From Clostridia bacterium (lineage in GTDB: Bacteria; Bacillota; Clostridia; RUG12999), in NCBI GenBank assembly GCA_045577655.1, contig JAZNIU010000017.1, positions 1 to 55,878 of the forward strand: a DNA stretch of 55,878 nucleotides, read 5' to 3'. The position numbers and the translations under genes are program-made. This document shows, in pieces, positions 8,602 to 17,458 of the stretch. Position 1 is the stretch's first letter. Every line of letters starts with the position of its first letter. The notes beneath the pieces are model-generated. The model was not told the DNA's origin. It was given only the letters and a program-made list of their open reading frames with translations, and did no database searches.

Positions 8602-9249
8602 TTGAGCAAAAAAAATAATATTTTATTGCCGGTATTTTCATTAGTTGTAGTTCTGCTCTTTTCGCTTATTCTTATTTTTCCGGGAACAAGAGAAGTATTT
8701 AAAGGGGCGTCCTCATCTCATCCTTTTATTATGGGATTTATAAAGTTTGCTTTTCTGGCAACGGTTGGTGAAATTCTTGCACTCAGAGTTGCCGCAAAGT
8801 GCTGGAAATCTCCGGTAAAAATCTTTGCACGGTTTGTTATTTGGGGGCTTATAGGCATCTGGATAACATATATGATGAAAATATTTTCTGCTGGCGTGGA
8901 TGGCCTCATGAAAAGCGGCATGCTTCCGGGCGAAGGCAGCACTTTCCTTAAAGCATTATACACAAGTGCTACAATGAATCTTACTTTCGGCCCGACTTTT
9001 ATGGCGGTACATAAATGCAGCGATAAATATCTTGAACTGAAAGACAGAGGAGAAAAAGAAATATCTGTCGGAAAAGTTGTGGAGGACATAGACTGGAAAG
9101 TTTTTGTTAAGTTCACGCTGTTTAAAACTGTGCCAATTTTCTGGATTCCGGCACACACAATAACCTTTATGTTGCCTGTTGAATATCAGGTAATAATGGC
9201 TGCAGCTCTTTCGCTGGCACTGGGGCTTATTCTCAGCATAAAAAAATAA
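8602..9249 (+). CDS. Membrane protein, Mpv17/PMP22-like
   Basis: Several hydrophobic helices; C-terminal FWIPAHTITFMLPVEYQV resembles the Mpv17/PMP22 signature region. TTG 8602 follows GAGGA. Confidence 0.6.
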   Translation: MSKKNNILLPVFSLVVVLLFSLILIFPGTREVFKGASSSHPFIMGFIKFAFLATVGEILALRVAAKCWKSPVKIFARFVIWGLIGIWITYMMKIFSAGVDGLMKSGMLPGEGSTFLKALYTSATMNLTFGPTFMAVHKCSDKYLELKDRGEKEISVGKVVEDIDWKVFVKFTLFKTVPIFWIPAHTITFMLPVEYQVIMAAALSLALGLILSIKK

Positions 9250-9253
9250 TACT

Positions 9254-9293
9254 AAGGCAGAGTGAAAGCTTATTTCCTCTGCCTTGTTTTTTT
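9254..9293 (+). terminator. Rho-independent terminator of the ior/paaK operon
   Basis: AAGGCAGAG...CTCTGCCTT followed by G and T7. Confidence 0.85.
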
Positions 9294-9328
9294 GCACATT
9301 TTTAGTATCTTTTAGAGACTCTTCAAAC

Positions 9329-9357
9329 TTGACATTTGTTCTGTTTTACTGTATAAT
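9329..9357 (+). promoter_or_regulatory. Sigma-A promoter
   Basis: TTGACA, 17 nt, TATAAT (perfect consensus). Confidence 0.85.
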
Positions 9358-9409
9358 AAAACAGAATGGATTTTTATGTCTTATAGTAAGAAAACGGAGG
9401 TGCCGGAAT

Positions 9410-10615
9410 TTGAAACGTGAACCTTTGAAGATGTTTATTATTCTGACAATAGTTGTATGTATCTTTGCTATTTGTATTGCTGCATATCTTATTGAACTGA
9501 GCACTGTTTCTGAATACGAGCCTACAGTTGTAAATACAGATAACTATGCAACAGAAAAAAATGCGCAGCACGATTATATAATCATTGACGTAAACGGCAA
9601 ATTTTCTTTTGCCGACAGAAACGGCAACAGAATTTTATCGCCCGAGTATGATGTGCTTTCTACTGCAGAAAATGGAATGTATTATTTCAAAAAAGATACA
9701 AAAAACGGTTTTCTCGGCAGTGACCTCGGACTTGTTTTTGAAACGGAAGATTTCATATCTACAAACGTAAGTGAAGAGTTTGTTATATACCATATTGGCG
9801 ACAAAAAAGGATTTATAAACATTTCAACCGGTGAAAAAATTGCCGCTCAGTATGATATGGTTTATGACTTTTCTGAAGGACTTGCTGCGGTTCAGATTGG
9901 CAATGCCACGGGATTTATTAACACGAAAGGCGAACTTGTTATTCCTTGTGAATATGCAAATAATGCAATTTATCAGTTCAAATCCGGACTTTGCAATGTT
10001 ATGACCCACTCGGATAAAGAAGAAAAACACAGATGCTACTACATAAACAAAAATGGCGAAAAAGCCATAGACGATGAATTTGATTATTGCATGCCTTTTA
10101 GCGAGGAACGTGCTTTTGTTTCAAAAGATGGTGTTTGGTACATAATAGATATTGAGGGAAAAAGAGTCGGAGAACTTGAGTTCGGCCCCTATGATACAAT
10201 GGCACCTACAGTGTTTAAAGAAGGCCATGCCGTTGTAATTTATGAGGGCAAATACGGCATTGTTGACCGTGACGGAGATTTTACAGTCAATCCAAAATAT
10301 GAAATGATTTCAGATATTTGCGATGGTTGTGCAGTTTTCAAACAAAATGGGCTGTTCGGGTATCTTAATGTAAAAGGGTCTGTTATAATTGCACCGAGGT
10401 TTGAAACTCTTGGTAATTACAAAAACGGATATGCTGTTTATTCTGACGACCATAAGTTTGGTGTTGTTGACAGAGGTGCAAATGTTATAGTTGCGCCTGA
10501 ATATGAAAACATTGTTTTGCTTGATAACGGTCTTATTAAAGCATCGAAAAATGATGGCGACTTGTTGTATCTCACCAAATACGGAAAAGTTATCTGGTCA
10601 GGTGCTGAAGAATAG
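9410..10615 (+). CDS. Membrane-anchored WG-repeat protein
   Basis: N-terminal TM helix; repeated units such as FSEGLAAV..GFINTKGELVIP and YGIVDRDG. TTG 9410 follows GGAGG. Confidence 0.85.
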   Translation: MKREPLKMFIILTIVVCIFAICIAAYLIELSTVSEYEPTVVNTDNYATEKNAQHDYIIIDVNGKFSFADRNGNRILSPEYDVLSTAENGMYYFKKDTKNGFLGSDLGLVFETEDFISTNVSEEFVIYHIGDKKGFINISTGEKIAAQYDMVYDFSEGLAAVQIGNATGFINTKGELVIPCEYANNAIYQFKSGLCNVMTHSDKEEKHRCYYINKNGEKAIDDEFDYCMPFSEERAFVSKDGVWYIIDIEGKRVGELEFGPYDTMAPTVFKEGHAVVIYEGKYGIVDRDGDFTVNPKYEMISDICDGCAVFKQNGLFGYLNVKGSVIIAPRFETLGNYKNGYAVYSDDHKFGVVDRGANVIVAPEYENIVLLDNGLIKASKNDGDLLYLTKYGKVIWSGAEE

Positions 10616-10630
10616 GAAAGAGGTAGTGCA

Positions 10631-11287
10631 TTGGAAAATGTTTTAATTGCAACTTTGGTTTCAAAGGTTATTGCTCTTCCTTTCATTTTTATCTGTCTCA
10701 CAGTACATGAGTTTTCTCATGGGTTTATGGCTTACAGATTAGGAGACACAACTGCAAAGGAAGCAGGAAGACTTACGTTAAACCCAATTTCGCATATTGA
10801 CTGGCTTGGCGTTTTAGCTATGCTTTTTCTTGGATTTGGTTGGGCAAAACCTGTGCCGGTTAATCCATACCGGTTTAAAAAAGCAGGAGCCCGCGGAATT
10901 GTGTGGGTCAGTCTTGCTGGGCCCGTTTCCAACATTATTTTTGCTTTTTTGATGCTTATAATCTGGAATATACTTGTTTTGTTTGCAGGCGACATTGCTG
11001 CAAACTATTATGTCAGCACAGTTGTTTCAACAATTGTCAGCTTAAACATTGGCCTTGCAGTTTTTAATCTTATTCCCATACCGCCGCTTGACGGGTCAAA
11101 GGTTTTGGAATATTTCTTGCCATATTCTGCAAGAAACTGGATGGCAAAAAACGGTAATTTTTTATATCTGATAATGATGCTTGCTGTTTTCAGCGGCGTT
11201 TTCAGCAGAATTATATCACCGGCAATAGGATTTATTTTTACTATGCTTTATAGGTTTGCACGGTTTATTATTTTATTGTTTATTTAG
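10631..11287 (+). CDS. Site-2 protease (M50 family intramembrane Zn metalloprotease)
   Basis: HEFSH, GRLTLNP, AGPVSN, FNLIPIPPLDG. Confidence 0.92.
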   Translation: MENVLIATLVSKVIALPFIFICLTVHEFSHGFMAYRLGDTTAKEAGRLTLNPISHIDWLGVLAMLFLGFGWAKPVPVNPYRFKKAGARGIVWVSLAGPVSNIIFAFLMLIIWNILVLFAGDIAANYYVSTVVSTIVSLNIGLAVFNLIPIPPLDGSKVLEYFLPYSARNWMAKNGNFLYLIMMLAVFSGVFSRIISPAIGFIFTMLYRFARFIILLFI

Positions 11288-11303
11288 AAGGAGAGGTTTA
11301 AAG

Positions 11304-12053
11304 ATGGAAGTTACGTTCAAAATTGAGACTTTTGAAGGCCCTCTTGACCTTTTGCTTCACCTTATACAAAAAAACAAGATGAACATAACGGATATACCCA
11401 TTGCGGAAATTACCGCTCAATATCTTGAATATCTTGAAAAGATGAAACAGTTTGATATGGAAATAACAGGAGAATTTCTTGTTATGGCGGCAACGCTTTT
11501 ATATATCAAATCAAAAATGCTTCTGCCAAAAACGGAAGAGGAAAAAGAAGAAGGCGACCCAAGGGCAGAACTTGTGGACAGGCTTATTGAATATGCAAAA
11601 TACAGGGAAGCGGTTGAATTTTTGACTCCACGACAGGAATCGGGGAAATATATGTTTAACAAACAACCGGATAATGTTAAATTACCGAAAGTTCGTTATG
11701 TTGATGCTAAATTTCCTATTTCGTTGCTCATAGAAGCGTTTGCGAATGTCATGGAAAATCAGGAACTCAGGAAACCCATCAAAAAAGAATCCTTTGATGT
11801 TATTGTGCAGAGAGAGGTTGTAACGGTTTCTGAATGTATAAATAAAATTTTTAAACTTTTTGAGCTGAAAGCCGATATTTATTTCAAAGATTTTTTTGAA
11901 GGTGTAACAACAAGAGCACAGGCTGTTTCGACTTTTCTTGCGATTCTTGAACTTATGCGCCATGGGGCGATTATACTTGTAGATGATACAGATTTATTAT
12001 TTAATTTAAGTGGTGAAGAAAATGAATTTGACTGGACTGGCAGCGACTATTGA
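11304..12053 (+). CDS. scpA: Segregation and condensation protein A
   Basis: FEGPLDLLLHLI, FLVMAATLLYIKSKMLLP, TFLAILEL. ATG 11304 follows AGGAGAGG. Confidence 0.95.
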   Translation: MEVTFKIETFEGPLDLLLHLIQKNKMNITDIPIAEITAQYLEYLEKMKQFDMEITGEFLVMAATLLYIKSKMLLPKTEEEKEEGDPRAELVDRLIEYAKYREAVEFLTPRQESGKYMFNKQPDNVKLPKVRYVDAKFPISLLIEAFANVMENQELRKPIKKESFDVIVQREVVTVSECINKIFKLFELKADIYFKDFFEGVTTRAQAVSTFLAILELMRHGAIILVDDTDLLFNLSGEENEFDWTGSDY

Positions 12054-12561
12054 GGCATTGCTTTTTGCGGCGGGGAAACCGCTTGAAATTGCTGAAATGG
12101 TTGAAATAACAGAACAAACAGAAATAAATATACTTGAAGCAATTAAATTCTTGAAAGAAAAACTTGAAAAAGAAGATAGTGGAATTTGTCTTATAAAGCT
12201 GGAAAATGCTTATCAGCTTACGACAAAACCGGCATACTATGAATATCTTGTAAAAATGGTTGCTCCTGCCCAGAAGAGTATGCTTTCGGGTGCAGCGCTT
12301 GAAACTCTTTCAATTGTTGCATATAATCAGCCGGTAACACGGTCAAGTATTGAATTTATTCGTGGAGTTAACAGTGATGGTGCACTTTCAAGACTTATTG
12401 AAAGAGGACTTGTTGAAGAATGTGGCAGACTTGATACTCCGGGAAAACCGTTGATTTATAAAACCACATCAGAGTTTTTAAAATGTTTTGGAATATCATC
12501 GCTTGATGAGCTTCCCGATATCAGCAATATACCGTTGCAGATGACATTTTATGATGTATAA
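12022..12561 (+). CDS. scpB: Segregation and condensation protein B
   Basis: IEALLFA, LSGAALETLSIVAYNQPVTR, IRGVNSD, PGKP, FLKCFGISSLDELP. Confidence 0.95.
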   Translation: MNLTGLAATIEALLFAAGKPLEIAEMVEITEQTEINILEAIKFLKEKLEKEDSGICLIKLENAYQLTTKPAYYEYLVKMVAPAQKSMLSGAALETLSIVAYNQPVTRSSIEFIRGVNSDGALSRLIERGLVEECGRLDTPGKPLIYKTTSEFLKCFGISSLDELPDISNIPLQMTFYDV

Positions 12562-12573
12562 GAGGGGATTTCT

Positions 12574-13155
12574 TTGATAATAACTTTTATTGTTATCCTT
12601 TTGTTGTTATTGGTGTTTCTGCTCAAACTGAGGATTTCCTATTCTTTTAGTGCAGACAATTTTAATTTTAAAAGTGATTTTAGTATCAGTATATTTTTTG
12701 GGAAACTTGTTCTTTTAAAACCTGGGAAAAAACCAAAAAAACAGACAAAAGAAAAAGAACCGTCAAAAAAGATGGATGCCGGAGCGCTTGGGAAAATTAA
12801 AAACGATATAGTTCCCATAGTTTACGACCTGTTTTGTGTTTTTAAAAAGCACTGTCGGTTTAGCCGGTTTGAAACAAAAATAAAACTTGCTTTGGAAGAC
12901 CCTATGAACAATGGAATTGCATATGGAATAGTAAGTGGTGTGTTTAATACTTTTTATGCATACATTTATGATTATGTTAAAAAGCCGGTACTTGACATTT
13001 CTTCTGATTTCAACAGTGGAGAGGGAGTTATTTTCACTCATAGTGGCGAGATAATTATAAGACCGTTAATTTTGGCGGTTAAGCTTGGAACCAATGTGAA
13101 GCTTTTAAAAAAAATAAAAGATACTATCCAGAAAATTAAAACGGAGGTTGAATAA
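12574..13155 (+). CDS. DUF2953/YtfI-like membrane-anchored sporulation protein
   Basis: N-terminal TM helix, EDP..GIAYG motif; conserved position between scpB and ytfJ. Confidence 0.65.
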   Translation: MIITFIVILLLLLVFLLKLRISYSFSADNFNFKSDFSISIFFGKLVLLKPGKKPKKQTKEKEPSKKMDAGALGKIKNDIVPIVYDLFCVFKKHCRFSRFETKIKLALEDPMNNGIAYGIVSGVFNTFYAYIYDYVKKPVLDISSDFNSGEGVIFTHSGEIIIRPLILAVKLGTNVKLLKKIKDTIQKIKTEVE

Positions 13156-13156
13156 T

Positions 13157-13558
13157 ATGGCAGAAAAATTAAATGAACTTATTACAAGTGCACTCAGCTC
13201 AATTAAAGGTATGGTAGATGTAAGTACTGTTGTGGGTGAAGCCATAACTGCGCCGGACGGCACGATTGTTATTCCGGTTACACAGGTTTCCTGCGGATTT
13301 GGTACAGGAGGGTCGGAAATTCCCACAGGCAAAATGAACAATGCCGGCACATATCCGTTTGGTGGTGGCAGCGGTGGTGGTGTGAAAATTAAACCGGTTG
13401 CTTTTCTGGTTATTGCAGGCGATAAAGTTCGTCTTATTCCCGTAACACCTGAAAACAGCACTTCTGTAGATAAAATTCTTGAACTTGTTCCCGATATGAT
13501 TGAAAAAGTTAATTCTTATATCAAGCACAGAAAAGAGTTAAAAGCAAAGGGCGAGTAA
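13157..13558 (+). CDS. ytfJ: GerW/YtfJ sporulation protein
   Basis: MVDVSTVVGEAI, IPVTQVSCGFGTGGSE, FGGGSGGG, PVAFLVI. Confidence 0.9.
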   Translation: MAEKLNELITSALSSIKGMVDVSTVVGEAITAPDGTIVIPVTQVSCGFGTGGSEIPTGKMNNAGTYPFGGGSGGGVKIKPVAFLVIAGDKVRLIPVTPENSTSVDKILELVPDMIEKVNSYIKHRKELKAKGE

Positions 13559-13606
13559 TAAAGATGAAAGGATTTCTCATATATATAAGTGAATATATAT
13601 GAGGAG
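13556..13606 (+). promoter_or_regulatory. Putative sigma-E-like promoter with an SD-sequestering hairpin upstream of the dacB-like gene
   Basis: TAATAAA-N15-CATATATA; inverted repeat CTCATATATAT/ATATATATGAG covers the GAGGAG SD. Confidence 0.5.
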
Positions 13607-13615
13607 TAATGTAAA

Positions 13616-14749
13616 ATGCAGAAAAAACTTACGGCTATATTGATGCTGATGATTACCCTGCTTGGACACTTTTCTGTCAGGGCAGATTATAATATAACGC
13701 CAACAGCAAAAGCCGCGGTTTTAATGGACGCCTGCACAGGAGCTGTTTTATACAGTAAAAATGCAAACGAGCGTCTGGGAATGGCAAGTACGACAAAAAT
13801 AATGACCGGTATTTTAGCGATTGAACATGGTAATCTCACTGATATTGTTACAATTCCGGATGAAGGAGAATGGGTTGAGGGGTCAAGTATTTATTTAAAC
13901 CCTAACGAAAAAATATCTCTAGAAACTTTGTTATACGGTTTGCTTTTAAAATCGGGGAATGATGCTGCAGTTGCAATAGGAAAACACATTTCCGGCAGTG
14001 AAGAGGCTTTTGTTAATCTTATGAATGAAAAAGCGGCAGAACTCGGACTTAAAAACACTCGTTTTGCAAATCCGCACGGCCTTTATCACGAAGAACATTA
14101 TACAACAGCATACGAGCTTGCTAAACTGGCGAAATATGCAATGGAAAATCCTGTTTTTGCACAGGTTGTAAATACGGCAACCTATAAAGAAAATCCTCCC
14201 GAAGACAGAAATGGAAGGGTTATTAGCAACGCCAACAAACTCATTTCAATGTTTGGCGATGCAATAGGCGTGAAACCGGGGTTTACTCCCGAAACGGGAA
14301 GAACCCTTGTCGGAGCAGCTGAGAAAAATGGAATGAAAGTTATAACGGTCACTCTCGATTGTCCTGATGACTGGAATGAACATCGCAATATGTTTGACTA
14401 TGCTTTTAATAATTTTGAAAAGAAAATTTTGTTTAAAAAAGGCGACAGCGTTGGTACTTTCAGAGTTTTGGGTGGAAACTATAACGAAGTGGGGCTTATT
14501 TCTGAAAACGAAATCTCCATGCTTGTTAAAAAGGGAGAATCTCCCGACTATAAAATAGAAATGGAACAAAAAACACTTGATGCTCCTGTGTTTAAAGGAC
14601 AGAAAGCAGGAGTTGCAAAGATCTGTTTGGGCGAAAAAGTTATTGGCGAAATTGAAATTGTTACAAACGGAGACGTTCCTGTTCGTGAAAAAAACTTTTT
14701 TAAAATTTTAGGTCAATTATTTCTTGCACTTTTTGGAGTAGGCGATTAA
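13616..14749 (+). CDS. D-alanyl-D-alanine carboxypeptidase (peptidase S11, DacB-like)
   Basis: Signal peptide, ASTTK (SxxK), SGN, KPG triad, PBP5 C-terminal domain. Confidence 0.92.
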   Translation: MQKKLTAILMLMITLLGHFSVRADYNITPTAKAAVLMDACTGAVLYSKNANERLGMASTTKIMTGILAIEHGNLTDIVTIPDEGEWVEGSSIYLNPNEKISLETLLYGLLLKSGNDAAVAIGKHISGSEEAFVNLMNEKAAELGLKNTRFANPHGLYHEEHYTTAYELAKLAKYAMENPVFAQVVNTATYKENPPEDRNGRVISNANKLISMFGDAIGVKPGFTPETGRTLVGAAEKNGMKVITVTLDCPDDWNEHRNMFDYAFNNFEKKILFKKGDSVGTFRVLGGNYNEVGLISENEISMLVKKGESPDYKIEMEQKTLDAPVFKGQKAGVAKICLGEKVIGEIEIVTNGDVPVREKNFFKILGQLFLALFGVGD

Positions 14750-14751
14750 AT

Positions 14752-15462
14752 ATGGAAATCAGATTACAAAAGTATATAGCTGATGCAGGGATTTGTTCAA
14801 GAAGAAAAGCAGAGGAACTTATTCTTGCCGGCAGAGTTAAAGTTGACGGTCAAACCATAACAGAGCTTGGAACTAAGGTTACCGGAGAAGAAACCGTTGA
14901 GGTTGACGGCAAAAAAATTAGTTCTGAAACAAAAAAATATTATATTATGCTGAATAAACCGTCAGGTTATATTACAACCACGTCAGACGCCCACGGCAGA
15001 CAGACTGTTATGGAACTTGTGAAAGACATAGACGCGAGGATTTATCCTATTGGCAGACTTGATGCCGACACGGAAGGACTGCTTCTTCTTACAAACGATG
15101 GCGACTTTGCCAATTCTGTTATTCATCCGTCAAAAAAACGCGAAAAGGTTTATATAGCAGAAGTTAAAGGGTTGCCTTCGCTTGATATCATTAAAATGCT
15201 TAAAAAAGGCGTTGATATCGGCGGATATATCACCAGACCCGCAAACGTCGAAATGCTGAAAGGAAATTCAGGCATTTCCACATTTAAAATTGGTATTACC
15301 GAAGGGAAAAAACGCCAGGTCAGACTGATGTTTGAAGTGGTGGGATACCCAGTTATTTCGCTCAAAAGGGTTGAAATAGGGCCAATAATGCTGGGAAACC
15401 TCCCGAGAGGTAAATGGAGACACTTGAGGAAAGAAGAGATTAAAAGATTATGTTCAAAATAG
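14752..15462 (+). CDS. rluB: rRNA pseudouridine synthase RluB/RsuA family
   Basis: S4 domain RLQKYIADAGICSRRKAE, LNKP, GRLDADTEGLLL, EGKKRQVR. Confidence 0.88.
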   Translation: MEIRLQKYIADAGICSRRKAEELILAGRVKVDGQTITELGTKVTGEETVEVDGKKISSETKKYYIMLNKPSGYITTTSDAHGRQTVMELVKDIDARIYPIGRLDADTEGLLLLTNDGDFANSVIHPSKKREKVYIAEVKGLPSLDIIKMLKKGVDIGGYITRPANVEMLKGNSGISTFKIGITEGKKRQVRLMFEVVGYPVISLKRVEIGPIMLGNLPRGKWRHLRKEEIKRLCSK

Positions 15463-15812
15463 CGCCTGTGGAAAAAAAAGATATAGAATATATGACAAAA
15501 TATTTGAATACCTCTGTCAACGGAATAATCCTTGCATGTTATGAGGGCGGTAAAATTACCGGCGGTGTTTGTTTTGATATTGACGGCGGTTGCGGATATC
15601 TTGACAGTTTAAAGGCAGAAGAAGAAATTATGGAGGAAATTATTTTAAAGGCAGCAATGAATTTCCTTGAACTTCATAAAATATACGAATTTTATGTCAA
15701 AGAGGAAACGCCTCTATATAAAAGACTTGATTTTAAAGTTTCAAAAAAAGACGGTTACAAAATGTTCGTTAATTTAGACGGATATTTTGATACACATAAA
15801 TGCACAGGTTGA
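15450..15812 (+). CDS. Hypothetical protein (possible degenerate GNAT-like fold)
   Basis: Overlaps the rluB stop, has host-like codon use and fills the operon gap. Confidence 0.7.
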   Translation: MFKIAPVEKKDIEYMTKYLNTSVNGIILACYEGGKITGGVCFDIDGGCGYLDSLKAEEEIMEEIILKAAMNFLELHKIYEFYVKEETPLYKRLDFKVSKKDGYKMFVNLDGYFDTHKCTG

Positions 15813-15826
15813 AAGGAGTTTTAAAA

Positions 15827-16072
15827 ATGAGAGATACTCTTTGGTACAACGATGCCAACGAAAAGAAAAACAGAGTGGAAGAAATTATTTCCAAAATTTA
15901 CGAAGCACTGAATGAGAAAGGGTATGACCCTGTCAGCCAGATTGTCGGTTACATTTTGTCAGGCGACCCGACATATATCACCAGCCACAACGGTGCACGT
16001 GCGCTTATAACAAAGGTTGAACGTGACGAAATTCTTGAAGAGGTTGTTAAATTCTATCTTACAAAATTTTAA
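15827..16072 (+). CDS. IreB/ReoM family (UPF0297) protein
   Basis: [43 protein letters not shown] 15827 follows AAGGAG. Confidence 0.92.
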   Translation: MRDTLWYNDANEKKNRVEEIISKIYEALNEKGYDPVSQIVGYILSGDPTYITSHNGARALITKVERDEILEEVVKFYLTKF

Positions 16073-16085
16073 TCGGGTGGCAAAT

Positions 16086-17447
16086 ATGACATTAGAAGAA
16101 TACAAACAAGATATAAAAGGCAAAAAGGTTGCAGTTGTTGGTATTGGTGTCAGCAATATGCCGCTGATTGACTTTCTTTTGTCTTGCGGTGCAGAGGTTT
16201 TTGCGTGCGACAAAAACGAGAACATTGGTGAAAATGAAGAGTTGCTTCGAAGAAAAGGCGTTGAGCTAAAGCTTGGTGAAGCATATCTTGAAAACCTTGA
16301 TGCCGAAATTATATTTAAAACTCCCGGTATGAGACCGGACAACCCGGCACTTGTTTCCGCAAAGCAAAAGGGTGCTGAAATCACAAGTGAAATGGAACTG
16401 TTTTTTCAGCTTTGTCCTTGCAAAAAAATTGCAGTAACAGGCAGCGACGGAAAAACTACAACTACAACGCTGATATATAACATACTGACACAGGCGGGGT
16501 ATACTTGCCACCTGGGCGGTAACATCGGCAGGCCTCTTATCAGTGACATAGAAAAAATAAAACCCGATGATTTTGCAGTAGTTGAGCTTTCAAGCTTTCA
16601 GCTTTTTTCTATGAAAAAATCACCTGAAATTGCGGTTGTAACAAATGTTTCGCCAAATCATCTGGATTGGCACACCAATTATGATGAATATATTTTAGCC
16701 AAAAAGAATGTGTTTGCCTTCCAGGAAGAATCGGGGCTTCTGGTTGTGAATCATGACAACGACGTTTCTTTTTCCATGATGGAAGAAAGAAAAGGTGTCG
16801 GCAGATTTTTCAGCAGAAAAATGAAACCATTAAATGGTGCTTTTGCCGAAAATGGGGAAATTTTTATGTGCAACGCTGAAGAAACTGTGCGCATAATGAA
16901 TGAATCTGATATTAGAATTCCGGGAAAACATAACGTTGAAAATTATCTAGCGGCAATTGCTGCAGTTTATGATTATGTTTCGCCTGAAGATATAGCGTTT
17001 GTTGCAAAAAACTTTGGCGGAGTTGAACACAGAATAGAGTTTGTCCGTGAAATTGGCGGAATAAAATTCTACAATGATTCAATAGCGTCCAGTCCGACAA
17101 GGACAATAGCGGCACTTAATTCTTTTGACAAAAAACTTGTTTTGATTGCAGGCGGGTATGACAAAAAAATTCCGTTTGATGTGCTTGGAGAATATATCAA
17201 CAAAAAGGTTAAAGAACTTGTTCTTGTAGGACATACTTCCGAAAAAATCAAAAAAGCGGTTGTTGATGCGGGAAATAGTACAAAAATTACCCTTTGTGAT
17301 GAATTTGAACAAGCTGTTTTGTCTGCATATAACAAAGCCGAACCGGGCGATGTGGTGCTATTTTCACCTGCATGTGCATCTTTTGATTTGTTTAAAAATT
17401 TTATGGAACGCGGAAAAGCATTTAAAAATATAGTAAATAACATCTAA
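16086..17447 (+). CDS. murD: UDP-N-acetylmuramoyl-L-alanine--D-glutamate ligase
   Basis: VTGSDGKTTTT, GGNIG, ELSSFQL, PNHLDWH, HRIE, NDSIASSP, SPACASFD. Confidence 0.95.
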   Translation: MTLEEYKQDIKGKKVAVVGIGVSNMPLIDFLLSCGAEVFACDKNENIGENEELLRRKGVELKLGEAYLENLDAEIIFKTPGMRPDNPALVSAKQKGAEITSEMELFFQLCPCKKIAVTGSDGKTTTTTLIYNILTQAGYTCHLGGNIGRPLISDIEKIKPDDFAVVELSSFQLFSMKKSPEIAVVTNVSPNHLDWHTNYDEYILAKKNVFAFQEESGLLVVNHDNDVSFSMMEERKGVGRFFSRKMKPLNGAFAENGEIFMCNAEETVRIMNESDIRIPGKHNVENYLAAIAAVYDYVSPEDIAFVAKNFGGVEHRIEFVREIGGIKFYNDSIASSPTRTIAALNSFDKKLVLIAGGYDKKIPFDVLGEYINKKVKELVLVGHTSEKIKKAVVDAGNSTKITLCDEFEQAVLSAYNKAEPGDVVLFSPACASFDLFKNFMERGKAFKNIVNNI

Positions 17448-17458
17448 GGAGAAAAAAG

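Noticed and set aside
9570-10600. Repeating units that might be a DNA repeat array
   Set aside because: They are degenerate protein-level WG repeats; no identical DNA repeats with spacers. No CRISPR array was seen anywhere in the window.
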